Source of the DNA: Polyangiaceae bacterium
Lineage (GTDB): Bacteria > Myxococcota_A > Polyangia > Polyangiales > Polyangiaceae
Assembly (NCBI GenBank): GCA_044376115.1
Contig: JBILLK010000011.1
Coordinates: forward strand, 64,001 to 128,000
Length of the DNA: 64,000 nucleotides
Direction of reading: 5' to 3'
The translations under genes were made by a program, and so were the position numbers. The notes under the pieces were generated by a model, which was given only the letters and a program-made list of their open reading frames with translations, was not told where the DNA came from and did no database searches. Below are positions 10,240 to 20,115 of this stretch, one piece after another; the stretch's first letter is position 1, and every line of letters begins with the position of its first letter.

Positions 10240-11180
10240 TCGACTTTACCTTCGGTAGACGAAGCGTGTCTTGTACGGGTGCCACCCACTCAAGACGCTC
10301 GCCGCCAAAGCTCGTGAACCTACCTCGCCAGAGTCGACGAACCGGAGGGAGTCCCCGGCTGTGGAACCGCCTCGGTCCTCGGCTGATCCTTTCGTGGTGC
10401 TCCGGTTTGGCCGCTGCGTGCGGGCTCGATCCCGAGGCAGGAGAGCTCCCGCCCGAGGCGAGTGTGCTGGTTACCGACTACGAAGAGGGTCGGGAATCGT
10501 TGTTCACAGGGATGTTGGCCGCGGCGCTGCCCGCCTTCCCGCTATCCGCAAGCACGCTCACGTTGGCCGACGCACTCGCTGCGCAGGCGAACGTGCCGGC
10601 AAGCATGGACAACCCAGGCTGCATGGACGTGATCGTCGACGGAGCAGAGGTCGCTTTCGTCATGAATGGTTGCACGGGGCCGTGGGGCCGAGTGGCGGTC
10701 TCAGGCACGGTGGCGGCCTCCTTCTCGCCCGGCGATGGTGACGCTACCTTCCACCTTACGGTCGCTTCGTCGGAGCTTACGATCGACGGAAGTCCCGCAT
10801 CCCATCAAGTGGAGGTCGACGTCGACCTATCCGGACCTTCTCGCTCCTTGTCCGTGAGCGGATCGTTCGAGGGACGTCGGCTGTTGCGCGATGTGTCCCA
10901 TACGGTCGATTTCGATATTGGCATCCTTCCGGGCGTTTCGGTATCGCTCGCCGGGTCGGTCCAGAGTGCGGTGGGGCGCCGAGAGTTCGCGAGCGAACTC
11001 GAGCTTGTGCGAGGGGCCTCGGCGGAGGACTGCCCTGAAGGAACGGTCGTGCTGGAGCGCCCTTTGGCTGGCCTCCTAGTGACGCTGACCTACGACGGGA
11101 CCGACCAATTCATTGCACGGACGAATCGCGGCGGGCGCGGCGCCTTCAGCTTCGAGTGCAACTCGAGCGAGGCGCCTTGA
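10236..11180 (+). CDS. Beta-rich lipoprotein of unknown function
   Basis: ATGA overlap with the upstream stop; LAAAC lipobox-like; GCMDVIVDGAEVAFVMNGCTGPWG motif; true start uncertain. Confidence 0.65.
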   Translation: MIDFTFGRRSVSCTGATHSRRSPPKLVNLPRQSRRTGGSPRLWNRLGPRLILSWCSGLAAACGLDPEAGELPPEASVLVTDYEEGRESLFTGMLAAALPAFPLSASTLTLADALAAQANVPASMDNPGCMDVIVDGAEVAFVMNGCTGPWGRVAVSGTVAASFSPGDGDATFHLTVASSELTIDGSPASHQVEVDVDLSGPSRSLSVSGSFEGRRLLRDVSHTVDFDIGILPGVSVSLAGSVQSAVGRREFASELELVRGASAEDCPEGTVVLERPLAGLLVTLTYDGTDQFIARTNRGGRGAFSFECNSSEAP

Positions 11181-11707
11181 CCGACGAGGAGCTTGTCGCG
11201 CGGATTCGCAGCGGGGATGGTCGCGCCCGTGACGAGCTCGCTCGCAGGCACTTGCCGCTGCTTGCTCGGCTGGTGAAGCGGTACGTTCGCGAGGCCGACG
11301 CCGATGACGTCGCTCAGAGGTCGATGCTGCGCGGCCTCGAGAAGCTCGACTCCTTTCGTGGGGAGTCAGCGTTCCGTTCCTGGCTCCATCGTATTGCGGT
11401 GAATGTCGCGCTCAACCACGTTCGGGACCATCGCAAAGAGTTGCTTGGCGCGGAGTTGGATGAGGCTGACCTAATCACCAATACGCTGGGTACCGCACGG
11501 CTCGTTGCTCGCGAGGCCAAGCAGCGCTTGCTCGCCGCCGTGGAAGAGTTACCGCCAAAACAGCGGCGCTGCGTCGAGTTGCGACTCTTGGACGGCCTCA
11601 CGTTCGCTGAGGTTGGTGTGGAGTTGGGCGTTTCAGAGGACTCCGCCAAAGTAAACTTCCACCACGCGCTCAAACGGCTCCGTACGCACTTGGAACCATC
11701 GCCTTAG
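11177..11707 (+). CDS. ECF RNA polymerase sigma-70 factor
   Basis: TTG start overlapping the upstream TGA; DEELV, DADDVAQ, FRGESAFRSWLHRIAVN (region 2), LPPKQR...GLTFAEVGVELGVSEDSAKVNFHHA (region 4). Confidence 0.93.
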   Translation: MTDEELVARIRSGDGRARDELARRHLPLLARLVKRYVREADADDVAQRSMLRGLEKLDSFRGESAFRSWLHRIAVNVALNHVRDHRKELLGAELDEADLITNTLGTARLVAREAKQRLLAAVEELPPKQRRCVELRLLDGLTFAEVGVELGVSEDSAKVNFHHALKRLRTHLEPSP

Positions 11708-11735
11708 CGGCGGCCTCACGAGCGATTCAGGCAGG

Positions 11736-12599
11736 CTAGGGGAGCTCGGGCTCGCCGCCGAAGAAGCCAACGATCCGTAGCACCTTCCCGCTGTCTTCCA
11801 CTACCGCGACGTCGGTCCCTTCCAAGATCAAACCATTGTCCGCCCCGCGGATTTCCCAGCGCCAACGCAACCAGTTGCCGTGCGTCTCAATGCCGCTCCC
11901 AAGTACCAGCGTGACGTCTGCAAATTGCGCCTGAAACGCCGAAATAACCTGCGACAAGCCGTCCCGGCCGGTTGCATCGGCGGTGGGGTCAACATACCGG
12001 CCATTCTCGGTCCAGGCGGTCTCGAGCAAAGCCAGTCGTGTCACCTCGTCGTGTTCGTTCCAAGCGTCGAGATAGGCCTGGAGCGGGGCGCTTGGCGTAT
12101 TCATCGCGGGCGGTGCGATCTCGAACGCGACCAGCTGCGCAAGTCGATTGTCCGCAGCGCGCTCGACGAAGCAAAGCTGCTCGGCGCTGCTCGAGCCTGT
12201 GCCTCGTTGGGCAAACCGTGCGAACTCGGCGGTCTCGTCGAGCTGACTCAGCTCAACGGCGTCGAAGGTCGTAACCCCGAGTAAGTCGCTGATCGCGGCG
12301 TGGCCAACGGCAACCTCACGTTGCAACCGAACCTCGGCCTGCTCCGAAAAGGCGCCTGCAACGAGGCAGGCGCGCTCCTCGGCTTGGCTCGCCTGCGTCG
12401 CTTGGACGTAGCCACTCACCGCCTCGTCGAGCGAGGTGGCCGGCTCGGGCTGACACTCGGCGCCTCCGCCAGCGCTTTCCCCGGCGCCTCCGGAGTTCGA
12501 GCTGCTTGTCCCTCCTGTGCCACCGCTCGACCCGGAACTCTCGTCTTCCGTGCAAGAAGTGATGGTTAAAAGCATCAGTGCCGAGAACGCCATTCGCAT
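11736..12599 (-). CDS. Lipoprotein with SnoaL/NTF2-like domain(s)
   Basis: Lipobox ITSC; YLDAWNE...AWTENGRYVDP...GRDGL...IVGFFG matches SnoaL-like proteins; a degenerate N-terminal copy is possible. Confidence 0.75.
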   Translation of the reverse strand: MRMAFSALMLLTITSCTEDESSGSSGGTGGTSSSNSGGAGESAGGGAECQPEPATSLDEAVSGYVQATQASQAEERACLVAGAFSEQAEVRLQREVAVGHAAISDLLGVTTFDAVELSQLDETAEFARFAQRGTGSSSAEQLCFVERAADNRLAQLVAFEIAPPAMNTPSAPLQAYLDAWNEHDEVTRLALLETAWTENGRYVDPTADATGRDGLSQVISAFQAQFADVTLVLGSGIETHGNWLRWRWEIRGADNGLILEGTDVAVVEDSGKVLRIVGFFGGEPELP

Positions 12600-12730
12600 G
12601 GCTGGAACCTAGCAAGCCCATGCTCGCTCCAGCGCGACCAACCGTGCCAATCGTCAGACCAAACGCGCCGCCGCGGGCGCCAAGAACGTGCCCCCACTAG
12701 TCTCCCGTACAGGCCGTGGTACGCTGATTC

Positions 12731-15010
12731 GTGATGTCTTTTCGCTTCACGAACATTCTTATTGGCACAGCCCTCGTCGTTTTCTCCGCGACCAGTGGCT
12801 GCACTTGCGCTGAGGGCGTTCTTCCTGAAACGGAGGAAGGCGGCGGTGGTAACGGGGGAGAAGGCGGGAGCGGTGGAGAGGACTTGGGGCCGTGCGGCGT
12901 TGATTGCTCGCAGCTCCCGACACCGCCCTGCACCATCGGCGTGTGTAACGTCGGCCAGGCCATCGGGCCGGTCAACACCTGCGTCGTGATCCCCGCGCCG
13001 ACGGGCACTCCCTGCGACGACGGTACCTTTTGCACCGCTGGAGACACTTGCGATAGCGGTACTTGCGTCGGTGGGCCCCCGAATGAATGTGGTATCGAGC
13101 CCTCGCCCTGTGAGGCGGTCCTCTGTTCCGAGGCCTCACAGAGTTGCAGCGTCGCTCCAGTGAATGACGGCACTGACTGCACGCCTACAGACCTCTGCCA
13201 GATCCATGGCGTCTGTCAGTTGGGTCAGTGCATCGGCGAGCCCAAAGACTGCTCCCTCTCGCCGCTGAACGAGTGCAACACCGTCGAGTGCGATCCCGCT
13301 ACTGGTCAATGCGCTGGCACCCCCGACCCGTTCAAGGACAACAACTTCTGCGTCCTCACCGGAGACCTCTGTCAGGTTGATAAGGCTTGTCAGAACGGTC
13401 AGTGCGTCGGCGGTCTACCGAAGAATTGCAGCCAGTTCGACGTCGCTTGCGAGGTCGGCGTTTGCGATGAGGCCACGGGCATTTGCAACCCGGTGATGGC
13501 GCCGGAAGGCTCGGCCTGCGGTGAGGGCATCACCGCCTGCGAGGAAGGCTTTTGCGACGCCAACGGTGAATGCAAGGCTTCGGCTGCTGCCAATGGCACC
13601 TCTTGCAATGATCACAACGCTTGTTCGGCCGCAGACCAATGTATGGCCGGCGCATGCTCGGCAGGTATGTCGGTCGCTGGTTGCACCATCTACCTGCAAG
13701 AGGGCTTCGAGGTTTGCCCGAACGGTTGGTCGCTCGCAGGGGATTGGCAATGTGGTGAGCCGCAGCTCGTCGGTCCACCTTCGGCGCTTACCGGCAACGG
13801 CGTCTTGGCCACGAAGATCGGCGGCGTCTACAGCGTCAGTCAGAGTTTCAACACCACCGTCGCTGACTCCCCGGCGATCGATCTGACCGCTGCTACGAGC
13901 CCGCGGCTCTCCTTTTGGGCTTGGGATCACACCGAGGGCGGTACCTTTGACGGTTGGAATCTCAAGATCAGCACCAACGGCGGTCAGACTTTCACGCCCG
14001 TCTCAACGGTTGCTCCGGCATACCCACTTACAGTCGCCTCGCAAGCTGCTTGGGGCGGGAACAACTCAGCCGCAGGTTGGCAAAACTATCAAGCGGACTT
14101 GACCGCGTATGCCGGGCAGTCAGTGATCCTACGCTTTGCCTTCCGCAGCGACGCAGCAAGTGTCTATCCCGGCGTCTACATTGATGACCTCTTCGTTGCC
14201 GAGCCCGAGCAAAACCCGCTCTACGTCACCACCTCCTCGATTCCCGACAATTACGTAGGAGTGCCCTTCACCGCGGCCATGGCGCGCAATGGTGGAACTC
14301 CAGGTGCTGTTTGGAGCATCGTGCCTGGAGGCGTGAACACCAGCTGGCTATCGATTGATCCGGCAACCGGCCTGATCACCGGTACGCCAACGGTTGCAGA
14401 CGTGGGTCCGGTGACGGTCACCGTACGAGTGCAGGAGCCTTCTCTGCCGTCGAATTTCGATGAGAAGACCTTCAGCGCGAACGTCAATTACGCGGCCTAC
14501 TACACCAGCTTCGAGGGAGCATGCCCGGCCGGCTGGACGCTCAGCGGCACGTGGCAATGTGGCGTCCCGACGACGGTTGGCCCGGCGACTGCTTTTGTTG
14601 GGTCGCAATGCGTCGCCACGCGGATCTCGAGCAACTACCTCAATTCGCAATCCTTCGCAGCGTCGAACGCAACTTCTCCAGCGATCGACCTGAGCGGTTC
14701 GGCCTTCCCCACGTTGACCTTCCGCATGTGGGTCCACACCGAAGGCGGCACCTTCGACGGTTACAATCTGAAGGTAAGCACTGACGATGGCGCAACCTAC
14801 TCGGTCGTTGACACGGTCAATCCCCCGTACCCCCTCACGATCGCCGGCGAGCCGGCCTGGGGCGGGAATCAGCAAGGCCTTGGCTGGCAACAAGTGCAGG
14901 CCAACCTTGCCGCTTACAGCGGACAGGTCATCCGGCTGCGACTCAGCTTTCGAAGTGACTCCTCGGGTAATTTCCCGGGCGTCTACGTTGACGATTTCCT
15001 AGTTCAATGA
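12731..15010 (+). CDS. Large Cys-rich surface lipoprotein with two MAM/cleaved-adhesin-like beta-sandwich domains separated by a putative Ig domain
   Basis: TSGC lipobox; CDDGTFCT..DTC..G.C repeats; duplicated domain (EGFEVCPNGWSL...PGVYIDDLFV / SFEGACPAGWTL...PGVYVDDFLV); WLSIDPATGLITGTP Ig motif. Confidence 0.8.
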   Translation: MMSFRFTNILIGTALVVFSATSGCTCAEGVLPETEEGGGGNGGEGGSGGEDLGPCGVDCSQLPTPPCTIGVCNVGQAIGPVNTCVVIPAPTGTPCDDGTFCTAGDTCDSGTCVGGPPNECGIEPSPCEAVLCSEASQSCSVAPVNDGTDCTPTDLCQIHGVCQLGQCIGEPKDCSLSPLNECNTVECDPATGQCAGTPDPFKDNNFCVLTGDLCQVDKACQNGQCVGGLPKNCSQFDVACEVGVCDEATGICNPVMAPEGSACGEGITACEEGFCDANGECKASAAANGTSCNDHNACSAADQCMAGACSAGMSVAGCTIYLQEGFEVCPNGWSLAGDWQCGEPQLVGPPSALTGNGVLATKIGGVYSVSQSFNTTVADSPAIDLTAATSPRLSFWAWDHTEGGTFDGWNLKISTNGGQTFTPVSTVAPAYPLTVASQAAWGGNNSAAGWQNYQADLTAYAGQSVILRFAFRSDAASVYPGVYIDDLFVAEPEQNPLYVTTSSIPDNYVGVPFTAAMARNGGTPGAVWSIVPGGVNTSWLSIDPATGLITGTPTVADVGPVTVTVRVQEPSLPSNFDEKTFSANVNYAAYYTSFEGACPAGWTLSGTWQCGVPTTVGPATAFVGSQCVATRISSNYLNSQSFAASNATSPAIDLSGSAFPTLTFRMWVHTEGGTFDGYNLKVSTDDGATYSVVDTVNPPYPLTIAGEPAWGGNQQGLGWQQVQANLAAYSGQVIRLRLSFRSDSSGNFPGVYVDDFLVQ

Positions 15011-15051
15011 AGCTTAGTGCCATGACGCTTAGTGCAATGATGGAGGCCTCC

Positions 15052-16173
15052 GTGCGCGGTCCAACGTATCTTGAGCGGCGTAGTTCGCTAGCTGCAGTTC
15101 TACTTATCACTGCAGCTGTTGTGGGCTGCGCCGAGGAAGCGACTCCTCCCACCAGCGGTGGTGCAGGCGGAGCAGGCGGAGAAGGCGGAGCGACGAGCGG
15201 TGGTGGAGGAGCGGGCGGTGGCAACGGCGGCTTTACGCAGGGGGGAGGCGGCACCGGCGGTACTCCAGTTTGCGTATCGACCAGCGAGAAGGCCGAGGCC
15301 ACGCCGCTCGACATCATCTTCGTTATCGATTGGTCGCAGAGCATGCAGGGCGCTTCTTGGCAGGGGTCCACCTCCGCGCTCGAGACGTTTCTTACTGAGC
15401 CGGCTTCGGCAGGCATCAGCGCCGGAATGGTCTTCTTTCCCACCATCAAGCCCTTCTTTGAGGACACCTGCGATACGCAGCTCTACAAGGTGCTCGACGT
15501 TCCGATTGCACCCTTGCCAGGGAATGCCTTTGCGCTGGTCAACTCCTTTCCGGCGGACGCGGTTGGTGCACCGTCGCCACTCTACGCTGGCCTCGTTGGC
15601 GCTTTGCAGGCTGCAACGGCTCAACAAGACGCGAATCCGTCGCATAAGGTGATTGTGGTCATGGCCAGTGACGGTGGCTACAACACCTGCGGATATGGCA
15701 TTGACGCCATTTCGGGCTGGGCCAGAAACGCTCTCGACTACAACGGTGTGCGTACGTACACCATCGCAGTCCAGGCCGCGCAGATCTCCTTCGACAACCT
15801 CGAGCAGATCGCCATCGATGGCGGTACGGACGTCGTCTACGACGCGTCCGACATCAGCGAGTTCTCCGACAAAATCTCAGAGATTCGCGCGGCAGCGTTG
15901 GGCTGTGACTTCATGATCCCAGCTCCTCCCTCGGGCCAGGATCTCGTCCCCGACGAGGTGAACTTCACCTACGCCCCTGGCGGCTCCGACACGCCGATTA
16001 CCCTGCCTCGTGCAGATAACCTCGCCGACTGCGGAGATCTGCCTGGCTGGTATTACGACAATAACGTTGCCCCGACGAAGATCATTGTTTGCCCTGCCTC
16101 GTGCACCACAATCCAGAATGACACTGAGGCGGAGGTGGCGGTGGCCTTTGGCTGTGCCTCTATCCCCAACTGA
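15052..16173 (+). CDS. vWA-domain lipoprotein (CglB-like family)
   Basis: GGAGG RBS before GTG 15052; VVGC lipobox; Gly linker; MIDAS DWSQS, ASDG; C-terminal GWYYD...CPASC. Confidence 0.8.
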   Translation: MRGPTYLERRSSLAAVLLITAAVVGCAEEATPPTSGGAGGAGGEGGATSGGGGAGGGNGGFTQGGGGTGGTPVCVSTSEKAEATPLDIIFVIDWSQSMQGASWQGSTSALETFLTEPASAGISAGMVFFPTIKPFFEDTCDTQLYKVLDVPIAPLPGNAFALVNSFPADAVGAPSPLYAGLVGALQAATAQQDANPSHKVIVVMASDGGYNTCGYGIDAISGWARNALDYNGVRTYTIAVQAAQISFDNLEQIAIDGGTDVVYDASDISEFSDKISEIRAAALGCDFMIPAPPSGQDLVPDEVNFTYAPGGSDTPITLPRADNLADCGDLPGWYYDNNVAPTKIIVCPASCTTIQNDTEAEVAVAFGCASIPN

Positions 16174-16220
16174 TACAACATTAGGCTTACTTGCTCGCTA
16201 TCTGACTTAGGAGAACCACT

Positions 16221-17318
16221 ATGCTTAGCGTCACTCGAACCAATAAGACCTTTGCGCTGCTTTCCGCCCTCGTTGCCTTTACTGGCTGCGGAGACGGCTG
16301 CGGAGGCGATGAGTCGCCTCCGGAGGGTGGCGGCGGAACCGCGTCGGTTAGCACGACGGGAGGAGGCGGAATGGGCGGCTCGGGTGGCACCGGAGGCGTC
16401 GAGGAGGGAGGCGCTGGCGGCACCCTCATGTGCGAGTCGAACGAGGGTGTAACCTTCGCCCTTACCCAGCTCTCGTTTGGTGAAGGCCAGAACGGCCAGT
16501 GGAAGAACGTGGGCCGCAACCTGGACGGACTCGTCTCTGACGGCAACTCCACCGATGTCTGCCAACCCAACTCGGGCGGCAATCCCGATACCGCTTATCC
16601 CGATGGTGACGACGGTATCGACAACTCCTTCGGGAAGAACCTGCTGCCGATCATCCTCGGCCTTTCGCCGATGTGGCCTACCTCGGTCAACACCGCGCTG
16701 GACGAGGGCCGCTTCAACGCGATGCTGAAGGTCTACTGCCTGCCAGAGACCGGTAACGCCCAACTCATTACCAAGGTCTTCGGCGGTACCAATCTGGGCG
16801 CGACCCCCAAGTACGACGGAACCGATTTGTGGCCGGTCGCACCCGAAATTTTGGCGGACCCGATGGACCCCGAGTCCTCCACGCTCGTGTTCGAGAACAG
16901 CTCCGTCAGCGGCTCCACCTTCAACTCGGGAGCGGATCAGACCTTCATCCTCGCCATCCCAATGACGTACATGGGGCAGACCGCTTCGCTGAAGCTGACG
17001 TTGTACCACGCACAGATCACCATGGAGTTGTCGGAAGACCGCAAGAGCGCGACCGGCGGAGTCATTGGCGGTGTGCTCAACACGGAGGAGCTCATCGACC
17101 AGGTGAAGAAGGTCGTCTTCATGGCCGACCTTTGTGACGGGGCTACCTATCAATCTATCCTAACGGCAGTTCGGCAGACCTCCGACATCATGGCTGACGG
17201 CACGCAAGATCCAAGCAAGACCTGCGACGGCATCTCGTTCGGCGTCCATTTCGAGATGAACGAAGTTCAACTTGGCGACGTCGGCCCGGCGGCTCCCGCT
17301 GGTAACGCGTGCCCGTAG
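16221..17318 (+). CDS. Conserved myxobacterial-type lipoprotein
   Basis: AGGAG RBS; FTGC lipobox; Gly linker; WKNVGRNLDG...DGDDGIDNSFG...CDGISFG. Confidence 0.75.
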   Translation: MLSVTRTNKTFALLSALVAFTGCGDGCGGDESPPEGGGGTASVSTTGGGGMGGSGGTGGVEEGGAGGTLMCESNEGVTFALTQLSFGEGQNGQWKNVGRNLDGLVSDGNSTDVCQPNSGGNPDTAYPDGDDGIDNSFGKNLLPIILGLSPMWPTSVNTALDEGRFNAMLKVYCLPETGNAQLITKVFGGTNLGATPKYDGTDLWPVAPEILADPMDPESSTLVFENSSVSGSTFNSGADQTFILAIPMTYMGQTASLKLTLYHAQITMELSEDRKSATGGVIGGVLNTEELIDQVKKVVFMADLCDGATYQSILTAVRQTSDIMADGTQDPSKTCDGISFGVHFEMNEVQLGDVGPAAPAGNACP

Positions 17319-17333
17319 CGTGCGTGCCAACCT

Positions 17334-17364
17334 GAGGGACGCAGGCGTTCTTGCGGCGTCCCTC
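17334..17364. terminator. Stem-loop between convergent genes
   Basis: GAGGGACGC (17334-17342) pairs with GCGTCCCTC (17356-17364), just after the 17318 stop. Confidence 0.5.
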
Positions 17365-17410
17365 CGCGGGCCACTTTTCCAATCATGGTTGGGCCCGCTC
17401 AGGCCGGCGA

Positions 17411-18492
17411 TCAGTTGCCGTCGAAGTGATAGATAAAGGTCCCGTCGCGCTCTTCTACTTCGCTGACGCCCGCCGTCGCGTTGAACCCAAAGGGGAGCCC
17501 ATTCATGACTTGATCGTAAAAGGCAGTCATATGGGCTCCGCTTTGTCCGCCATGTAAGTAGTAGGCGTGGTTCACGTCGGAGGCGGTAAAGTCAACGTAA
17601 AGAGCGTTCGCAGCCAGCGGCTCGCCCTCCACGCTCTTGCCTAATCGAGCTCCGCCCAAAGCAGCCGCTGCCGTTAGTACGCTATCGCCAGCGTTGACGC
17701 TAACGTACAGCGTCTCCGCCAATGTGGCTTTGGCTACCCACGTCGCATGCCCGCTCCTCGCGGAGGCGGAAGACCCAATCATCGCCGTGTGAAACAGCGA
17801 GGAGGGCAGGGCCAGCGGGTCGTCGGAGAGGGCTTGCTCGAGCACCAGGCTACCCATGGAGTGTGTGATGAAGGTTAGGCGCAACTCATTGAACAATGCG
17901 GCATTCCGTGACTTGAAGTAGGCGAGCACGTGCAGCGTGTGCGCCAGCGACGCGCCAGCCGCGCGCGCCTCGTCTTCGGGAAAGCCCAGCGGGCAACCCA
18001 CGTCGGAGCCCGGCCAATTGAACATGATTGCGCCGGACGAATAGTCCGACTCCAGTTCCGGCATAGCCCCTGATAGCGACTTCTGCGGCTCGCCCCCACC
18101 GCCGCAACCACGGCCATGCACGTACAGAATGAGGTTGTCAGCTCCAGAGGCCATGGCGTGCACAAAGGCTTCGCCAGCTTCATCGATGAGGAACTCGCTG
18201 CCGTCGGTCGTGTACAGGCGCGAGTCGGAGAGGAGAGAGCCGGGGTCGGGGACGTTTGAAGTGCCGCCCTGTCCAGCTCCAGCCTCTCCACCGTTGCCTT
18301 CGGTGCCACCTGCACCGCCGGAGCTAGGGTCACCCGCCTGCCCGGATGAGCTGCTTACGCCGTTATTGCCGCCACTCGCTGAGGTCACGCTGGGCCCGTC
18401 GACCCACTACCGCCTTGAGCCGCTGGCTGGTCCCCAGAGCAGGACATGAGCAAGACCGCCCCGAGACCGCAGGACCAGGCAATTCGCGACAT
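17411..18492 (-). pseudogene. Alpha/beta hydrolase (DUF900-like) lipoprotein interrupted by an apparent 1-nt frameshift
   Basis: Catalytic part 17411..18388: YVHG, THSMG nucleophile elbow, HAYY. Signal peptide MSRIAWSCGLGAVLLMSC from ATG 18492 lies in a different frame and stops at 18385; the frames join around GGGCCC at ~18392-18397. Confidence 0.65.
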
Positions 18493-18539
18493 GGCGGCGA
18501 GGTTACACGCGAGGAGGCGCCGTGCGAATGGTCGCGAGC

Positions 18540-20006
18540 TCAGGCGGGTACCCAGTCGTAATAGCGGTAGCCGAGGTCGACGCGCGCACGGCTCGATTCA
18601 GCACCTACGCGAGTGAGGGCGAACTCTCCCGCGGGCGTTCGGACGCTGGGCAGCGGTTGAGAGAGGGACGCAGGGGCGCCCTCGAGGGCCAATGGCCCAC
18701 GGTGCAGCTGTTCGTAGTCGGCGAGCGAGAGCGCCACGCGCGAGCCCCCGGCGGCCTCGGCACAAAGCTCCGACAGTACATGTGGCGTGTAGGCCTTCTC
18801 CGGGTCGACGAGTACGCCGCTGAAGACGCGTGCGCTGGCGCCGCTGCCATAGGAGAAGAATCCTACGCGGCTACCCGCCAATCGGTCGCGGTCGGCGGTC
18901 GATTCAAGCAAGCTGGCGAGCCCGAGGTACATCGAGCCGGAGTAGATGTTGCCAATGCGCTTGGCGAGCGTGAGCGACGGGGCAACTCGCGCGGCGAAGA
19001 ACTCCTGGAACTGCGCGCTCGCGGCGAGGGACTTCTCGAAGGAACGCTGAAGAGCTTGCGGGTCTCCCGCTTGACCCGCTTGATTGAGCAAAGGCTGAAG
19101 AAAGGGGAACTGTCCCGCGTCGGCGCGCCAAGCCTGTCCGACGATGCGCAAGGCCGCATACTCAGCCATGCGAGGGAAGGGCGCATGGAACAGCAGATGG
19201 TCAACGCGCTGATCCAACCGTCCGCCGCGAACGTCGGCGCCGCTGCGTGCGGCCTCGAGCGCCGAACGCTGCAGAAACAGCTGCGTCGCTTCGGCCATAC
19301 AGTCGAGATAAACGTCAATCGAGTATTTCCCATCTACGATAGCGGTGCTCATCCCGTTGGGCCGGAAGAAATCCCTTTCATCCCGCGTTATCGTCCCAGC
19401 GACGCGCGGGTCGAGGGTGCAAAGCCGAGGGTTCTCGCTAATCAACATAGCAACGGCACCTGCTCCTTGGGTGTACTCCCCGGGGCTGAGCAGCGGATAG
19501 CGCGATACGTCGGTGGCGATGACGAGCCCGTAGGGCTTCGTATTCTCACGTGCCCGGAACATATTGACCGTCGACTCGAGCGCGTACGTGGCGCCGATGC
19601 AGGCGAACTGAAACTGTGGTGCTCCAGCCTCTCGTAGGTCGACGCCAAATCGCCGTTCAAGCATGCCGAGCACATAGGCCGCAATCGATTTGGACTGATC
19701 CACCGTGGTCTCGGTACCAACCGCGATGGTGCCGATGTCGCGTGGGTCGATACCGGCCTGCAGTACCACCTTGACGGCTGCCATCGCGGCCAACGTGGCG
19801 CTGTCCTCATGGGCGTCGGGGATCGCCATCTCGACGACGCCTACGCCCTTCTGCACTTTACCTATCAATGCCTCGACGCTGGCTTCGCCCAGCGCGGCAG
19901 CACGCTTCGTCGCCCATTCTCCGACGAGGTCCACATATAAGCGCGGTACGTGGACGGCGATCGCATCAATGCCAACGCGCTGCTCGAACGAGGAAGGATG
20001 GTTCAT
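18540..20006 (-). CDS. mvaS: Hydroxymethylglutaryl-CoA synthase
   Basis: VGIDAI, VGTET..DQSKS, FACIG (catalytic Cys), GEYTQGAGAVA, DFFRP, FHAPF (catalytic His), GNIYSGSMYL, FSYGSG. Confidence 0.92.
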   Translation of the reverse strand: MNHPSSFEQRVGIDAIAVHVPRLYVDLVGEWATKRAAALGEASVEALIGKVQKGVGVVEMAIPDAHEDSATLAAMAAVKVVLQAGIDPRDIGTIAVGTETTVDQSKSIAAYVLGMLERRFGVDLREAGAPQFQFACIGATYALESTVNMFRARENTKPYGLVIATDVSRYPLLSPGEYTQGAGAVAMLISENPRLCTLDPRVAGTITRDERDFFRPNGMSTAIVDGKYSIDVYLDCMAEATQLFLQRSALEAARSGADVRGGRLDQRVDHLLFHAPFPRMAEYAALRIVGQAWRADAGQFPFLQPLLNQAGQAGDPQALQRSFEKSLAASAQFQEFFAARVAPSLTLAKRIGNIYSGSMYLGLASLLESTADRDRLAGSRVGFFSYGSGASARVFSGVLVDPEKAYTPHVLSELCAEAAGGSRVALSLADYEQLHRGPLALEGAPASLSQPLPSVRTPAGEFALTRVGAESSRARVDLGYRYYDWVPA

Positions 20007-20115
20007 GCGCTGCACCTTGGTCCAGACTCGCCCTGCGAACCAAGGCAAAAGGGCAACGCGACCAACTAGTCATTGGTGATTTTATTAATGAATATCCCGC
20101 CGGTTGCGAGAGCGT

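Noticed and set aside
11177..11707. Phosphorylation-activated (ECF43-like) sigma factor
   Set aside because: It retains a canonical acidic DADD motif in region 2, so direct phospho-activation cannot be claimed from sequence.
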